From: Chlorobiota bacterium
Lineage (GTDB): Bacteria; Bacteroidota; Ignavibacteria; Kapaibacteriales; NICIL-2
DNA: 64,000 nucleotides
Direction: 5' to 3'
Assembly (NCBI GenBank): GCA_026415505.1
Contig: JAOAGY010000010.1
Coordinates: forward strand, 18-64,017
A program made the position numbers and the translations under genes. The notes beneath the pieces were generated by a model. It was not told the origin of the DNA and made no database searches. It saw only the letters and a program-made list of their open reading frames with translations. Below are positions 38,341 to 49,454 of the stretch, piece after piece (within the stretch, counting starts at the first letter, position 1; the number at the start of each line of letters is the position of its first letter).

Positions 38341-39694
38341 GGTCGTTCAGCGGGAAGTGGCGCTCCAAAATCTCGCGGTAGATCGGCAACATCGCCGGAT
38401 CGTCCCACCGCGCGGCAATGTCCGGCAGCGCCATGATCTCGGCGATGACGCGCTCGTTGGCTTGCCCACGGCGATATGCTTCGTCGTAGGAAACCTCGGG
38501 CGTGAACGTCACGAGCGTATAAAGCGGCGTGTACAAGTCCGGGAAGTGCTCCAACAGCAACACCTCGATTTTTTTGCGGAGCACGAACAAATGGTCGGCG
38601 ACCTTGTCGCGCATCTCCACGAAATTGTCCAACGCCAGTTGCGCGACCGCATCGCCGGCGGGTTTGCGCACACGCTGGTATTCGGCGAGCGCGGCGTCCC
38701 AGTCGTCGCCGAAACGATCGAGCAACTCGTCGAGAATGCGGCAATCTTCGAACCCCGCGTTCATGCCTTGCCCGTAGAACGGCACGATGGCATGCGCTGC
38801 GTCGCCGATGAGCACCGTTCGTCCGACCACCCATGGATAGCAGCGAATCGTCACCAGCGACGAGGTCGGATTGTGTTCGAAGTCTTTCAGAAGCGTCGGC
38901 ATGTGCGGGATCGCGTCGGGAAAGTAACGCTCGAAAAACGCTCGAACATCGGCAGACGTGCGGAGTCGTTCGAACGACGTTTCGCCCTCGAACGGCAGAA
39001 ACAGCGTGCAGGTGAACGTTCCTTCGGGATTCGGCAGCGCGATCATCATGAAGCTGTGGCGAGGCCAGATATGGAGCGCATTCGGTTCGATGCGAAAACC
39101 ACTCCCATCGGCAGCCGGGATGCTCAGCTCTTTGTAGCCGTAGTCGAGGTACTCCTGGCAGTAGTTGTAGCGGTCGCGGTAGTGCAATGCATCGCGCACT
39201 GCCGAATAGGCGCCGTCGGCACCGATGAGCACGTCGCATTCGATGCGCCGTTGCTCGCCGCGTGCGGTGTGAACGAACGTCGCAGCAGGAATCTCCGGTT
39301 CGACGCCGATGCAGCGCCACTCGAACTCTATCGTGACGTTCGGCAGACGGTCGGCAGCCTCGAGCAGTGCCAGATTGAGCCGCCCGCGCGAGAGCGAACG
39401 GATCGCTTGACCGGCGACACCGTAGGGCTGGAAATCGAGCGTCGAATCCTCATGGTGAATCATGCGCCCGTACATCGGAATCGCCAGAGGCAGAATGTCC
39501 TCGGCGATACCTGCGCGTTCAAGTGCTCGAATGCCGCGATCGCTCAGTGCCAAGTTGATCGAGCGTCCGCCGCTGTAGCCGCGTGCACGCATGTCGGGAC
39601 GGCGCTCGACCAGGCGAACCGTATAGCCGCGCCGACCGAGCAACAGTGCCGCAAGAGAACCGACCAAGCCACCACCGACGATGAGCACGTTCAT
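38333..39694 (-). CDS. kmo: Kynurenine 3-monooxygenase
   Basis: GRSINLALSDRG, GADGAYS, YKEL, LHIWPR, GDAAHAIVPFYGQGMN; adjacent to nadC. Confidence 0.92.
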   Translation of the reverse strand: MNVLIVGGGLVGSLAALLLGRRGYTVRLVERRPDMRARGYSGGRSINLALSDRGIRALERAGIAEDILPLAIPMYGRMIHHEDSTLDFQPYGVAGQAIRSLSRGRLNLALLEAADRLPNVTIEFEWRCIGVEPEIPAATFVHTARGEQRRIECDVLIGADGAYSAVRDALHYRDRYNYCQEYLDYGYKELSIPAADGSGFRIEPNALHIWPRHSFMMIALPNPEGTFTCTLFLPFEGETSFERLRTSADVRAFFERYFPDAIPHMPTLLKDFEHNPTSSLVTIRCYPWVVGRTVLIGDAAHAIVPFYGQGMNAGFEDCRILDELLDRFGDDWDAALAEYQRVRKPAGDAVAQLALDNFVEMRDKVADHLFVLRKKIEVLLLEHFPDLYTPLYTLVTFTPEVSYDEAYRRGQANERVIAEIMALPDIAARWDDPAMLPIYREILERHFPLNDRA

Positions 39695-39713
39695 GGCTGC
39701 AGCTATGCCGGGG

Positions 39714-40478
39714 TTAGAATGGATACTGAATCCAGAGCGAGAACTGAACGAATTGTTCGATCGGCTCGTTGGTTTCGAAAATGCGTGTCGGTGTCAGCAA
39801 ATTGCCTCGCCGCTGTGGATCGGTCGTGCGGCTGTCGCGTCCGATGAGATTGAACGCCCCCCATGCGATGTTGACGTTGATCAAGACTTTGTCCTCCAGA
39901 ACACCTTGTGCACCGATCCGCAGTGCGCCGCCGAACCGCACGACCGTTGGTTTGAGCGTCGTATCGAAGGAGAACTCGGCAATGACACGATTGTCGGCTT
40001 TCTCGCTAACGGTGTAAGCGATCTCCGGTCCCGTCACGAGCGACAATCGCGGTTCGATTCCCGCATAGAGGAATGTCTGCGCGAGCGGCAGGTCGGCAAA
40101 CCGATAGTGCAAGCCGACTGTAGCGGTGTACATGTCCGCCGAAACCTGGCCACGCCCGATGTAGATCAGATTCTCTTGCCGCTGCTTGCCGCGAAAGAAA
40201 ATCGCTTCGATGCCGACAGGTAGGAACCACCGTTCGTGCTCGTCGAGCGCCTGCGTGTAGCGAAAAACGATGCCCGATTGTGCGCCGACAAAGCGCGAGC
40301 CAGTCACATACATGCTCCCCGAATCTTGGTCGGCAGGTGTGAAAATCAAGTTCGTCGCAGGGCTGTTGACCAAAAACGTTGCCGTGTAACCGAAAGTCGC
40401 TGTCGCTCGGTACGCCTGTGCGCTGGCTACTATTGCGCTGGTGAATACACAGAACAGTACCAACAGTGGTCTGTGCAT
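39714..40478 (-). CDS. Hypothetical outer-membrane beta-barrel protein
   Basis: Signal peptide; amphipathic strands; C-terminal WIQYPF. Confidence 0.7.
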   Translation of the reverse strand: MHRPLLVLFCVFTSAIVASAQAYRATATFGYTATFLVNSPATNLIFTPADQDSGSMYVTGSRFVGAQSGIVFRYTQALDEHERWFLPVGIEAIFFRGKQRQENLIYIGRGQVSADMYTATVGLHYRFADLPLAQTFLYAGIEPRLSLVTGPEIAYTVSEKADNRVIAEFSFDTTLKPTVVRFGGALRIGAQGVLEDKVLINVNIAWGAFNLIGRDSRTTDPQRRGNLLTPTRIFETNEPIEQFVQFSLWIQYPF

Positions 40479-40545
40479 GAAGATGCCTCTCGGAACGTTG
40501 ACTGCGAGCGAATATACGACCGATTCCGAAGCAAACAATGGCGCG

Positions 40546-41496
40546 TTAGAGTCGCTCCCGCACGTGGTATTCGCGCGTGCTCTGTGACTGGCGCACGATG
40601 AGTTCGCCGACCAAACCGATCGAAATCAGTTGCATGCCGACGATCATGAACGCCACTGCCATCAGCAGCAGCGGGCGATTGGTCAAGTACGTCCCGCCGA
40701 GCGCCCATTCGATCGTCAGCACCATTGCGATGATAAAACCTGCCACGAGCAACAGCGTTCCCACCGAACCGAACAGATGCAGCGGTCGCTTCAAGTAGCG
40801 GGTGGTCAGCAGCACCGTGAGCAAGTCGAGGAAACCTTTGACGTAGCGACTGGCGCCGAACTTCGAGCGTCCGTGCTTGCGCGGATGATGCCGAACGGGC
40901 ACCTCGGTGACGCGAAAGCCTTCCCAGTGTGCCAGTGCCGGGATGTAGCGATGCATCTCACCGTAGATCGTCAGCGTTTTGACGACTTCCGCACGGTAGG
41001 CTTTCAGCCCGCAGTTGAAGTCGTGCAAGCGAATGCCACTTGCCAGCGACGTGACAGCGTTGAACAGTTTCGATGGCAGTGTCTTCTCCAGCGGATCATG
41101 GCGAATGTGTTTCCAGCCGGAAACGACGTCGTAGCCTTCGTCGAGCTTTGCCAGCAGCTTCGGGATTTCGTCGGGGTCGTCCTGCAAATCCGCATCGAGC
41201 GTGACAACGATGCCGTAGCGTGCGTGCTCGAATCCGACCGCCAATGCCGCTGACTTGCCGTAGTTGCGCCGAAATCGAATGGCGCGGATGCGCTCGTTGC
41301 GCGCATGGGCAGCACGAACGACCTCGAAAGAGCCGTCGCGCGAGCCATCGTCAACGAAAACAACTTCGTAATCGTTGCCGGCAAGTCGAGAGAGGACGCG
41401 CTCGAGCCGCTCGATCAGCTCGCCGAGCGAATCGCGTTCGTCGAGAAACGGCACCACCGCACTGATGCCGATGCCAGCGTAGGGAGGTTGCGACAT
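40546..41496 (-). CDS. GT2 glycosyltransferase, polyprenyl-phosphate/ArnC-like
   Basis: VDDGSRD, RNYGKSAAL, DADLQD, DFNCGLK, two C-terminal TM helices. Confidence 0.92.
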   Translation of the reverse strand: MSQPPYAGIGISAVVPFLDERDSLGELIERLERVLSRLAGNDYEVVFVDDGSRDGSFEVVRAAHARNERIRAIRFRRNYGKSAALAVGFEHARYGIVVTLDADLQDDPDEIPKLLAKLDEGYDVVSGWKHIRHDPLEKTLPSKLFNAVTSLASGIRLHDFNCGLKAYRAEVVKTLTIYGEMHRYIPALAHWEGFRVTEVPVRHHPRKHGRSKFGASRYVKGFLDLLTVLLTTRYLKRPLHLFGSVGTLLLVAGFIIAMVLTIEWALGGTYLTNRPLLLMAVAFMIVGMQLISIGLVGELIVRQSQSTREYHVRERL

Positions 41497-41533
41497 GGGC
41501 GCCTACCACCAGAGAGTTGACACTGCACAAAAA

Positions 41534-42487
41534 TCACCGTTCCCATCCGATCGCCGTGCGGATGCCGTAGCGATAGAGCATCCATCGGGCATCGGTCAAC
41601 ACGCTCGCCAGTGGAAACGAGGCATACGCTTCCACCGAGAACGAAAACACGCTGAACGTCGCTTGCCAGCCGATGCAGACATCGGCATGCCATCGCACCG
41701 GCGCTGCCGTCGAAAGTCGCGCTTTGTGGAGAAGCGTGACCGTGTCCTGACCGTTGGCGTAGCGGAGCGACGATTTGGCGTCGGCGATCTGGACGTACTG
41801 CGTCGCTTCGCTCACCACAAGTACGGCGCTGTGGATGCTTGCGCCGACGTAGTAGAACGACGACAAGCGCTCGATCATCAAGCGGCGTGTTGTGTCGAGC
41901 TGGAGCGGCTCGCTGGCGACGAACGCACCGTAGATCGGGATCGTCACGCCGAGCCGAGCACCGAGAAAATGCTCGTTGTTGAACAGCACGCTCACTTCGC
42001 GAAACGGTGTCGGTGTGCCGCCGAGCGAAAGATACTTTCTGCTGGTGTCGAGGCTGTAGAGTCGCTCCCGCGACATTTCGTACATCGCATCGAAGCGAAC
42101 GATTGCACTGAGCAACGGCACGTTCCATTGCACGCGCGCCATGATCGGTGCGCTATAGCCGAGCGAAGGGAAATCGTCGTCGGCATCGTCGTCGGACCAT
42201 GGCTTTTTGATTGCGTTTTCGCCGCTGCGGAATGGATCGTCGGCGCTCCATCGTCCGGCAATCGGTCGCGTGCCGGCAGTGACGATACCCGCTGCGCTGC
42301 TGTGTTGGTAAAAGTTCGCCGCCGAGCCGATGTAGAAGCCGACGGCGTCGTATGGACGCGGAAACCAGCCCGTCGAAAGGTAGCGCAGAAAATCGCTGCC
42401 GGTGATGCTGTCGTCCGGCATACCGCGCTGCTGCGCCATCGCGACGACGCAGCACACAGCGAGCGACAGAGCCACCGAACGCCTCAT
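41534..42487 (-). CDS. Hypothetical secreted or outer-membrane protein
   Basis: Signal peptide MRRSVALSLAVCCVVAMAQ; beta-rich. Confidence 0.65.
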   Translation of the reverse strand: MRRSVALSLAVCCVVAMAQQRGMPDDSITGSDFLRYLSTGWFPRPYDAVGFYIGSAANFYQHSSAAGIVTAGTRPIAGRWSADDPFRSGENAIKKPWSDDDADDDFPSLGYSAPIMARVQWNVPLLSAIVRFDAMYEMSRERLYSLDTSRKYLSLGGTPTPFREVSVLFNNEHFLGARLGVTIPIYGAFVASEPLQLDTTRRLMIERLSSFYYVGASIHSAVLVVSEATQYVQIADAKSSLRYANGQDTVTLLHKARLSTAAPVRWHADVCIGWQATFSVFSFSVEAYASFPLASVLTDARWMLYRYGIRTAIGWER

Positions 42488-42488
42488 G

Positions 42489-44171
42489 CTACTGGAGCAC
42501 TTTCGACAGTTCCACTCGTCGGTTGCGCCGATAGTACACATCGGTCGGCTCGCCCGCTCGGCGCGGCAAGAGCTGGCGTTCGCCGGCGGAAAGACCTTCG
42601 AGCAGCGACCGCGGCACACCACGCTTTTCCAACTCCTCGATGACGAATTCGACGCGGCGTCTGCCCAAATCGAGATTGTACGCATCGCTGCCGTTGGGAT
42701 CGGTGTGCCCGACCAGCACGACGCGCTTGATGCGATCGCGATAGCGCAGTATGTTCGCCGCCACTCGATCGAGTTCGTCCGACCAGCGGCGGTCGGTCTG
42801 CATCCCGTTGGAGTCGAGCACGAACTCGTAGGGCACGCGCGCTTGGTCGTGCGGGAAGTTGATGCGGAGCGTCAAGACTTCGGGAATCGTCAAATCCTCG
42901 GCGAGCGTCACGAGCGTGTCGTCGCGCGAGATGCGAAGGCGGCGTGTGTCGTAGAAACCCGATTCGCTCTGTGCGGTAAGCTCCAGCTCGCGTTCGGTCG
43001 GGACGGTGACTTCGAACGTGCCGCTCGAATCGGTTTCCGTTCGAGCGACCGTTCGGCGACGCTCGATATCGCGAACGCTGACGTCGGCACTGGCGACCGG
43101 GCGTTTGTCGGATGTGCGCACTTTCCCGCGAACACGAGCGCGCGGTGTTTCGTCGGAGTCGGTGGGTTCCTCGTCGTGTGCGACGGCAGGTGGCAGTGCT
43201 TTCGGACGCTCGACGCGGTCGGCGACGTAGAGATCGAAGTTCCGCTCGCGGTGGTTGGAACTCCAGTAGAGCAGCGTGCGCCAATCGCCTGGCGTGGAGG
43301 GAAACAGCTCGTCTGCGCTGGTGTTGATCGGCGGGCGGAGGTTCGTCGGCGTGCCTGCGACGACGCCGCTTGGTGTGCGCTGGAGCGGTGCAGCAAACAG
43401 ATCGTACCCACCGACGCTTTCGTGACCGTTCGAGGCGAACAGCAGCGTGCCATCCGCTGCGATGAACGGCGACAGCTCGTCGCACGGCGTGTTGACCGCC
43501 GGACCGAGATTGCGCAGCGTGTCCCACTGTCCGCTGGCAAGTCGCCGCGAGTACCACAAGTCCAGCCCGCCGTAGCCGCCCTCGCGATTGGATGCGACGA
43601 CTATCAACGCTCCGTCGCTCGAAAGCGCCGGATGCGACGTCCACTGCTGCTGCTCGATCGGCAGAGGTGCGATGCGGATGCTCGATGCATCGGTGAGAGT
43701 TCCGCCGATGCTGACGACGCGCGCGAGACGGGAACCATCCGGCAGCACACCGGCGAGGATCGTTTCGCCGCTTCGGCTGATGCTGCCGATGCTGCGATAA
43801 CCGTTGGGTACGAAATCGCTGCCGGTAACAGCGAGCGAATCGGCGGCGATCAGGTGCACGGCGACCAGTTGCTGCTGTGCTGTCGTGCCGCGCGTGAGGG
43901 CGCCGCGCTGCGAGCCGAAAAAGCACACGGCGTATTCCTGCGCGTCGGTCGCGGCGCCCCGCACCGGACGGATGCGCCACCAGAAGCGTTCGTCGCGATG
44001 CGGCGGAACGGTCGAGGTGTCGAGCGGCTCGCCCGACCACGCGGCTGGCTGGCACTGCGGCGTCGGCGGTGGCGGACATTCCAGCAAGCGAACCGACGGC
44101 GATCGTTGCAAAGCGACGTCGCGACAACCGACGACGACGAGGCAGAGAGCGACAGCGATCAGAACGTGCAT
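42489..44171 (-). CDS. OmpA-domain lipoprotein with PD40 repeats (PorE-like)
   Basis: Lipobox VVGC; PD40 repeats (SNREGGYGGLDLW, NLGPAVNT); carboxypeptidase regulatory-like domain; GHTD...NRRVE. Confidence 0.85.
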   Translation of the reverse strand: MHVLIAVALCLVVVGCRDVALQRSPSVRLLECPPPPTPQCQPAAWSGEPLDTSTVPPHRDERFWWRIRPVRGAATDAQEYAVCFFGSQRGALTRGTTAQQQLVAVHLIAADSLAVTGSDFVPNGYRSIGSISRSGETILAGVLPDGSRLARVVSIGGTLTDASSIRIAPLPIEQQQWTSHPALSSDGALIVVASNREGGYGGLDLWYSRRLASGQWDTLRNLGPAVNTPCDELSPFIAADGTLLFASNGHESVGGYDLFAAPLQRTPSGVVAGTPTNLRPPINTSADELFPSTPGDWRTLLYWSSNHRERNFDLYVADRVERPKALPPAVAHDEEPTDSDETPRARVRGKVRTSDKRPVASADVSVRDIERRRTVARTETDSSGTFEVTVPTERELELTAQSESGFYDTRRLRISRDDTLVTLAEDLTIPEVLTLRINFPHDQARVPYEFVLDSNGMQTDRRWSDELDRVAANILRYRDRIKRVVLVGHTDPNGSDAYNLDLGRRRVEFVIEELEKRGVPRSLLEGLSAGERQLLPRRAGEPTDVYYRRNRRVELSKVLQ

Positions 44172-44743
44172 TGGAGCGACAGTGCCTCCGTAAGTTTGGC
44201 AAGATACTGCCGACGCGGAATCTCGATCGCGCCGAGCGATACGGTGAACGGATTGGCGTATTGCGAATCGAGCAAGACGAAACCTCGCTGGCGAAGGTGC
44301 TCGACCAAGTGCGCAAAACACACTTTCGCTGCGTTGCTGACATGCGAGAACATGGACTCGCCGAAAAACGCACCGCCGAGGGCAACGCCGTAAAGCCCGC
44401 CGACCAAACGATCCTCCTGCCACGCTTCGACCGAGTGCGCGTATCCCAACTGGTGCAATTGGCAGTACAGCCGAACGAGGTCTTTCGAAATCCACGTGTG
44501 CGGACGATCGGCGCAGGCGTGAATCACTTTTTCGAAATCGCCGTTTCTGCGCACGGTGAACACGCGCTTTTTCACCAAGGCACGCACCGAGCGAGCGATA
44601 TGGGCGCGATCGAGCGGAATGATCGCTCGCGGATCGGGCGAATGCCAGAGCACGACATGTTCGGTTTCCGCCATCGGGAAAAAGCCCGTGCGGTAGGCTT
44701 GGAGCAGTTGCTCGACGGTGACGAGCTTGCTCGGCTGTGGCAT
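44159..44743 (-). CDS. aat: Leucyl/phenylalanyl-tRNA-protein transferase
   Basis: AYRTGFFPM, PDPR, TWI, AHSVE, GGLYG, FFGESMFS. Confidence 0.95.
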   Translation of the reverse strand: MPQPSKLVTVEQLLQAYRTGFFPMAETEHVVLWHSPDPRAIIPLDRAHIARSVRALVKKRVFTVRRNGDFEKVIHACADRPHTWISKDLVRLYCQLHQLGYAHSVEAWQEDRLVGGLYGVALGGAFFGESMFSHVSNAAKVCFAHLVEHLRQRGFVLLDSQYANPFTVSLGAIEIPRRQYLAKLTEALSLQCTF

Positions 44744-44838
44744 CAGGTGAAAAAACGCCGTCATCGCTCCGTGTCGGCATACTCGACCGACGGCAAATTT
44801 CGCACTCGTGATTGTTTCACTTTTCCGGACACGATGCT

Positions 44839-45633
44839 ATGGCAGCACGACGTCAGTGGATACCGATGCTGATGATACTGGCGGCGACACTTTCGGCGCA
44901 GGACACTCATCAGCCGCCGATCGCCGGTGCCGGTCGCGACACGTTCGACGAGCAGCGCGAGATCGAACGCCTGCGCCAGCAGCCGCTCGAGTGGTTCGGC
45001 AGTTTCTACTTTGCCTACTCCCAGCCGCGCGGGAATTTCAAACGCTTCCTCGACAGCATCAACAACGGCTGGGGCTTGGGTTTCGGTTTCAACGGTGGTT
45101 ACAAATTCCCCTCGGTGCCGATCGCTGTCGGTGCGATGCTCGATGTGCTCTTCTACGGCTCGCAGGAGCGGAAGTACAGCACACCGTTGATCGTGGGCGG
45201 TGTGCCGCGGATGGTGTACGACACGGTCAATACCTCGATCACATTCGTGCCGATTACCGTCTTTGCGCGCATTGCGCCGGACATCGGCTGGCTGCAGCCA
45301 TACGTCGAAGCAGGAGCGGGGCTGACGGTGATTTCTTCGACGTACTCGCTCGAATCCAACCTGGGAGGCAAGCAAGACGATTCACGATCGCATGTGCCGT
45401 TCCAGTACTCCATCGGTGCGGGCATCAACGTCAAAGTCGCCGACGTGTTCAACATTCCTGTGTCGCGACAGGCGTTCTACGTGCACCTGGGATTGCGCTA
45501 CGTTTACGGCGATTTTTCCGACTACACCTTCTGGCGATTCAGCGACGACGGTAGCCGCGCTGTCGAGACGGTCACCGGTGCGTCGCGAACCGATTTGTAC
45601 GTCGTTTCGCTCGGTGTTCAAGCAGCGTTTTAG
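44839..45633 (+). CDS. Hypothetical outer-membrane beta-barrel protein
   Basis: Signal peptide; QPYVEAGAG; C-terminal LGVQAAF. Confidence 0.7.
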   Translation: MAARRQWIPMLMILAATLSAQDTHQPPIAGAGRDTFDEQREIERLRQQPLEWFGSFYFAYSQPRGNFKRFLDSINNGWGLGFGFNGGYKFPSVPIAVGAMLDVLFYGSQERKYSTPLIVGGVPRMVYDTVNTSITFVPITVFARIAPDIGWLQPYVEAGAGLTVISSTYSLESNLGGKQDDSRSHVPFQYSIGAGINVKVADVFNIPVSRQAFYVHLGLRYVYGDFSDYTFWRFSDDGSRAVETVTGASRTDLYVVSLGVQAAF

Positions 45634-45663
45634 CATGTTTCACCATTTTTCGGAGAAAGCACC

Positions 45664-46080
45664 ATGAAAGCCACTGTCGCATTGCTCGCAACGTTCGTCG
45701 TTTTGCTTCCGGCGCTCGAGGGTTGCAAAAGCGCTGCCGATCATCGTTCGGACGTCGGCGCATCGCGCCGAGAAGATCTGACCGTCGGGAAAGTTCAGCG
45801 CGAGATCCGGCGTGGCATGAGCGGCGCAGAAGTCGCCGAAGCACTCGGCTCGCCGAACATCGTCACCAAAGACGCCGACGGACGCGAAACGTGGGTCTAT
45901 GACCGCATCGCAACCGAGGTGACGTACTCGGACAGCCAAAACGCGCTCTTTCTGATTCTGGCAGGGACGGCGAGCCAATCGGGCGCAACGCTTCGCACGC
46001 AAAAGACGCTGACGGTTGTCATCAAGTTCGACGACAAAGGTCGCGTCGACTCGTTTACCTACCACGCATCGAAATTTTAG
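45664..46080 (+). CDS. BamE/SmpA-like lipoprotein
   Basis: Lipobox LEGC; IRRGMS..EV...LGSP...ETWVY. Confidence 0.7.
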   Translation: MKATVALLATFVVLLPALEGCKSAADHRSDVGASRREDLTVGKVQREIRRGMSGAEVAEALGSPNIVTKDADGRETWVYDRIATEVTYSDSQNALFLILAGTASQSGATLRTQKTLTVVIKFDDKGRVDSFTYHASKF

Positions 46081-46092
46081 CCAGCGTGAGCC

Positions 46093-46674
46093 ATGAAAAC
46101 ACCGGTATGGGTCGTGGCGCTTGCTGCAGCAGTGCTGGGCGGATGTACCATCGTCAATCGCCCGCAGCCGCCGCAGCAGGAGCAAACGCAACTGGAGCGC
46201 CGACAGTACCAGCAGCGCGATTTCGACACCAGCGACACCAAGCTCGTCATGAAAGCCGTGCTCAACACGCTGCAGGACGACGGCTTCAGCATTCGCTTTG
46301 CCGACGCGGATTTTGGACTGATCACCGCTGTCAAGGAAATCATGCTCACCACTCGCTCCCAGGTCGGAGGGACGCGCTCGCCGGCGGAGACGTGGGCGGA
46401 GATTTTCGCCGCAGCGATCTCGCGCGGGCGTTCGCGGCCGACGACACCGCAGCAGCAACCGACGCGCTATCGCAACATCGAGCAGATCGAAGCGACGGTG
46501 AACGTCTCTCCGTTCGGTGCGCGCCAGACGCGCGTGCGGGTCAGTTTCGTCGCGCGTGTTCTCGATAACGAAGGTGCGCTCGTCGAATCGCAGCCAGTCA
46601 CCGATCCGGACGTCTATCAGCAGTTTTTCCTCAAAGTGGACAAGGGCGTGTTCATCGAAAAGCAGAAGTTCTGA
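46093..46674 (+). CDS. Hypothetical lipoprotein
   Basis: Lipobox LGGC; AVLNTLQDDGF...D...GLITA...YQQFF. Confidence 0.7.
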   Translation: MKTPVWVVALAAAVLGGCTIVNRPQPPQQEQTQLERRQYQQRDFDTSDTKLVMKAVLNTLQDDGFSIRFADADFGLITAVKEIMLTTRSQVGGTRSPAETWAEIFAAAISRGRSRPTTPQQQPTRYRNIEQIEATVNVSPFGARQTRVRVSFVARVLDNEGALVESQPVTDPDVYQQFFLKVDKGVFIEKQKF

Positions 46675-46701
46675 TCGCGGCTGCTGCTAATTTTGCCGCC
46701 C

Positions 46702-47577
46702 ATGAAAAACAGCGGATTGGTGCGGTTTGCGATCGGACTGATGGCGATGGGCGTGGTTGCTCTCGGGCAACCACGCATTCTCGTCGTGCAAGCACATCCC
46801 GACGACGAAACCGGTTGTGCAGCGCTGCTGTTCGCACTGGCGCGGTACCAGCGGGCGACAGTGGACATCTGCGTCGTCACCAACGGGGAAGCGGGCTATC
46901 GCTATTCGACGCTGGCAGAGCAACTCTACCGGCTGCCGCTGACGATCGATTCGGTCGGGCGAACGCATCTGCCGCGCATCCGCAAACAGGAAATGCTTCA
47001 GTCGGCGGACATACTCGGCGTGCGTAGGGTGTTTTTCCTCGACGAACGCGATCACGCGTACAACCAGAGCCTGGAAGAGACGCTCGCCGTATGGGATACT
47101 GCTGCCGTGCGTCGGCGTCTGGAGCGCATCATCGTCGAGGGGCAGTACGACGTAGCGATAGGACTGCTGCCGACGCGCTCGACCCACGGCGGACACAAAG
47201 CAGCGACCTATCTGCTCCTTTCTGCTGCTGCCCGTGTTGCGTCGGGGATGCCGGTGCTCGGCGTCGCTGCCGGTGATACGCTGCCCCCGCTGGAGCTGGA
47301 ACCGTTCGCTGCCACTGCCGACCGTGCTGCGCCACTCGTGTTCGATCGCACGAGCAAATTCGGCTTCAACAGCCGGCTCGATTGGACGGCGGTCGTGCGC
47401 TGGATCGCTGCCGTGCACCGTTCGCAAGGACTGATGACGCTCGGACCGGTCGCAGCGCGCGAATACTACTGGCTGCTGTCTCCCCGAACCGCCGAAGCTC
47501 GCCGGAACGTCGAGCGATTGTTTTCGAACCTCGCTGCGACGCTCGACAAAGAACTTCCGAACTACTCTCGCCCCTGA
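46702..47577 (+). CDS. PIG-L/LmbE family deacetylase, secreted
   Basis: [17 protein letters not shown] motifs; signal peptide. Confidence 0.85.
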   Translation: MKNSGLVRFAIGLMAMGVVALGQPRILVVQAHPDDETGCAALLFALARYQRATVDICVVTNGEAGYRYSTLAEQLYRLPLTIDSVGRTHLPRIRKQEMLQSADILGVRRVFFLDERDHAYNQSLEETLAVWDTAAVRRRLERIIVEGQYDVAIGLLPTRSTHGGHKAATYLLLSAAARVASGMPVLGVAAGDTLPPLELEPFAATADRAAPLVFDRTSKFGFNSRLDWTAVVRWIAAVHRSQGLMTLGPVAAREYYWLLSPRTAEARRNVERLFSNLAATLDKELPNYSRP

Positions 47578-47580
47578 ACC

Positions 47581-48942
47581 ATGAGCGCACGCACGTCACG
47601 TCGCTGGGAACGCCAGCTCCGAAACCGCATCGAAAGCCGCACCCTCGTCGTCGGCGTCGTCGGTCTCGGTTATGTCGGATTGCCGCTGGCGGTCGAATAC
47701 GCTCGGAAAGGTATCCGCACGATCGGCTACGACGTCAGCGCCGAGAAGATCGCTGCGCTGCGAGGCGGCACGAACTACATCCGCGACCTCGACGACCGCG
47801 TTGTCGCCGACTGCGTCGCCAGCGGCATGCTCGATCCCACCGACGATGCGGCGCGTTTGGGCGAGTGCGACGTGGTGTTCATCTGCGTGCCCACACCGTT
47901 TACGGCGAACAAGGACCCGGACATTTCGTTCATTCTGGCAGCGACGCGCACGATCGCTACGCACAAACGCAGCGGGCAGCTCTACGTGCTCAAAAGCACG
48001 ACGTTCCCCGGCACGACGCGCCATTACGTCCAACCGCTGCTCGAAGAAGAACGCTTCCGCTGCGGGGAGGAATACTTTTTGGCGTTCTCGCCGGAGCGTG
48101 TGGATCCCGGCAACAAAGTCTGGCACACCGGCAATACACCGATCGTCGTCGGTGGCATTACACCGAGCTGCACCGAGCTTGCGCGTGCGGCGACGGCACT
48201 GGCGATCGAAAAAGTCGTGACGGTGTCCTCGCCGGAAGTCGCCGAGATGGAAAAGCTGCTCGAAAACATTTTCCGCAGCGTCAACATCGCACTGGTCAAC
48301 GAGCTGGCGCAGCTGTGCGATCGGATCGGTATCAACGTCTGGGAAGTCGTCGAGGCAGCAGCGACCAAACCGTTCGGTTTTATGCCGTTCTATCCCGGAC
48401 CGGGCATCGGCGGGCATTGCATTTTGATCGATCCGTACTACCTGTCGTGGATGGCGCGGCGGTACGATTTTACGACGAACTTTATCGAGCTGGCTGCCGA
48501 GGTCAACGAGTCCATGCCGTATTACGTGCGCGACATGATCGTGCGGGAGATCGCGCGTCAGCCGGTGGAGCTGCGCAAAGCGCGCGTGCTGCTGCTGGGG
48601 ATGGCGTTCAAACGCGACGTGGACGACTTGCGGCATTCCCCGGCGCTCAAAGTCGCCGAGCTGCTTCGCGTGGAAGGTGTCGGTCGCGTGGACTACTACG
48701 ACCCTTACATCCCGTCGGTGGTCTTGTTCGAGGGAAGCGACCGTGCCGAAACGCTCTCCTCGCTGCCGCGACTGAATCGAGCGGTCCTCGAGCGTTACCA
48801 CGTCGTTTGCGTGACGACCGACCATTCCTGTGTGGACTACCAGCAGGTGGCGCGTTACAGCCGCGTTGTCGTCGATACACGCAACGCGTTGCGAGCGATT
48901 CCCAGCCGAGGCAATATTGTGCTTCTCGGCGACGGACGGTAG
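47581..48942 (+). CDS. Nucleotide-sugar dehydrogenase (UDP-GlcNAc/ManNAc 6-dehydrogenase family)
   Basis: [33 protein letters not shown]. Confidence 0.93.
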   Translation: MSARTSRRWERQLRNRIESRTLVVGVVGLGYVGLPLAVEYARKGIRTIGYDVSAEKIAALRGGTNYIRDLDDRVVADCVASGMLDPTDDAARLGECDVVFICVPTPFTANKDPDISFILAATRTIATHKRSGQLYVLKSTTFPGTTRHYVQPLLEEERFRCGEEYFLAFSPERVDPGNKVWHTGNTPIVVGGITPSCTELARAATALAIEKVVTVSSPEVAEMEKLLENIFRSVNIALVNELAQLCDRIGINVWEVVEAAATKPFGFMPFYPGPGIGGHCILIDPYYLSWMARRYDFTTNFIELAAEVNESMPYYVRDMIVREIARQPVELRKARVLLLGMAFKRDVDDLRHSPALKVAELLRVEGVGRVDYYDPYIPSVVLFEGSDRAETLSSLPRLNRAVLERYHVVCVTTDHSCVDYQQVARYSRVVVDTRNALRAIPSRGNIVLLGDGR

Positions 48943-48947
48943 CGCTG

Positions 48948-48980
48948 TTTGCAAAATCGAGGGTACGCACCGTATTTTTG
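48948..48980 (+). promoter_or_regulatory. Bacteroidota-type primary-sigma promoter of the str operon
   Basis: TTTG (48948-48951)-N21-TATTTTTG (48973-48980), matching the -33/-7 consensus. Confidence 0.7.
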
Positions 48981-49046
48981 CGGGCTATTTCTGGAACGCC
49001 CAAAGCGTTTGGAGTCAGTGTCACCGTCGTAAGTAGCTCAACGCGC

Positions 49047-49436
49047 ATGCCAACGATCGCTCAGTTGATTCGGAAGGGTCGTCAAAAGCCCTTCAATAAG
49101 TCGAAGTCGCCGGCGCTGATGGGTTGCCCGCAGCGGCGAGGTGTCTGTACGCGGGTGTACACGACCACGCCGAAGAAACCGAACTCGGCGTTGCGGAAGG
49201 TTGCCCGCGTGCGGTTGACCAACGGTATCGAAGTGACCGCCTACATCCCCGGCGAAGGGCACAACCTCCAAGAACACAGCATCGTGCTCGTTCGCGGCGG
49301 TCGGGTCAAGGACTTGCCTGGCGTGCGCTATCATATTGTTCGCGGAACGCTCGATACACAGGGCGTCAACGGGCGCATGCAAGGGCGCTCCAAGTATGGC
49401 GCCAAGCGTCCAAAACAAGCTGCAGCTAAGAAGTAA
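49047..49436 (+). CDS. rpsL: 30S ribosomal protein S12
   Basis: [31 protein letters not shown]. Confidence 0.99.
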   Translation: MPTIAQLIRKGRQKPFNKSKSPALMGCPQRRGVCTRVYTTTPKKPNSALRKVARVRLTNGIEVTAYIPGEGHNLQEHSIVLVRGGRVKDLPGVRYHIVRGTLDTQGVNGRMQGRSKYGAKRPKQAAAKK

Positions 49437-49454
49437 TTACCGCGCCGAAATGCT

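Noticed and set aside
47382-49046. Apparent 684-aa ORF fusing an upstream region to S12
   Set aside because: An alternate frame that happens to be open. rpsL starts at 49047 behind its own candidate promoter.
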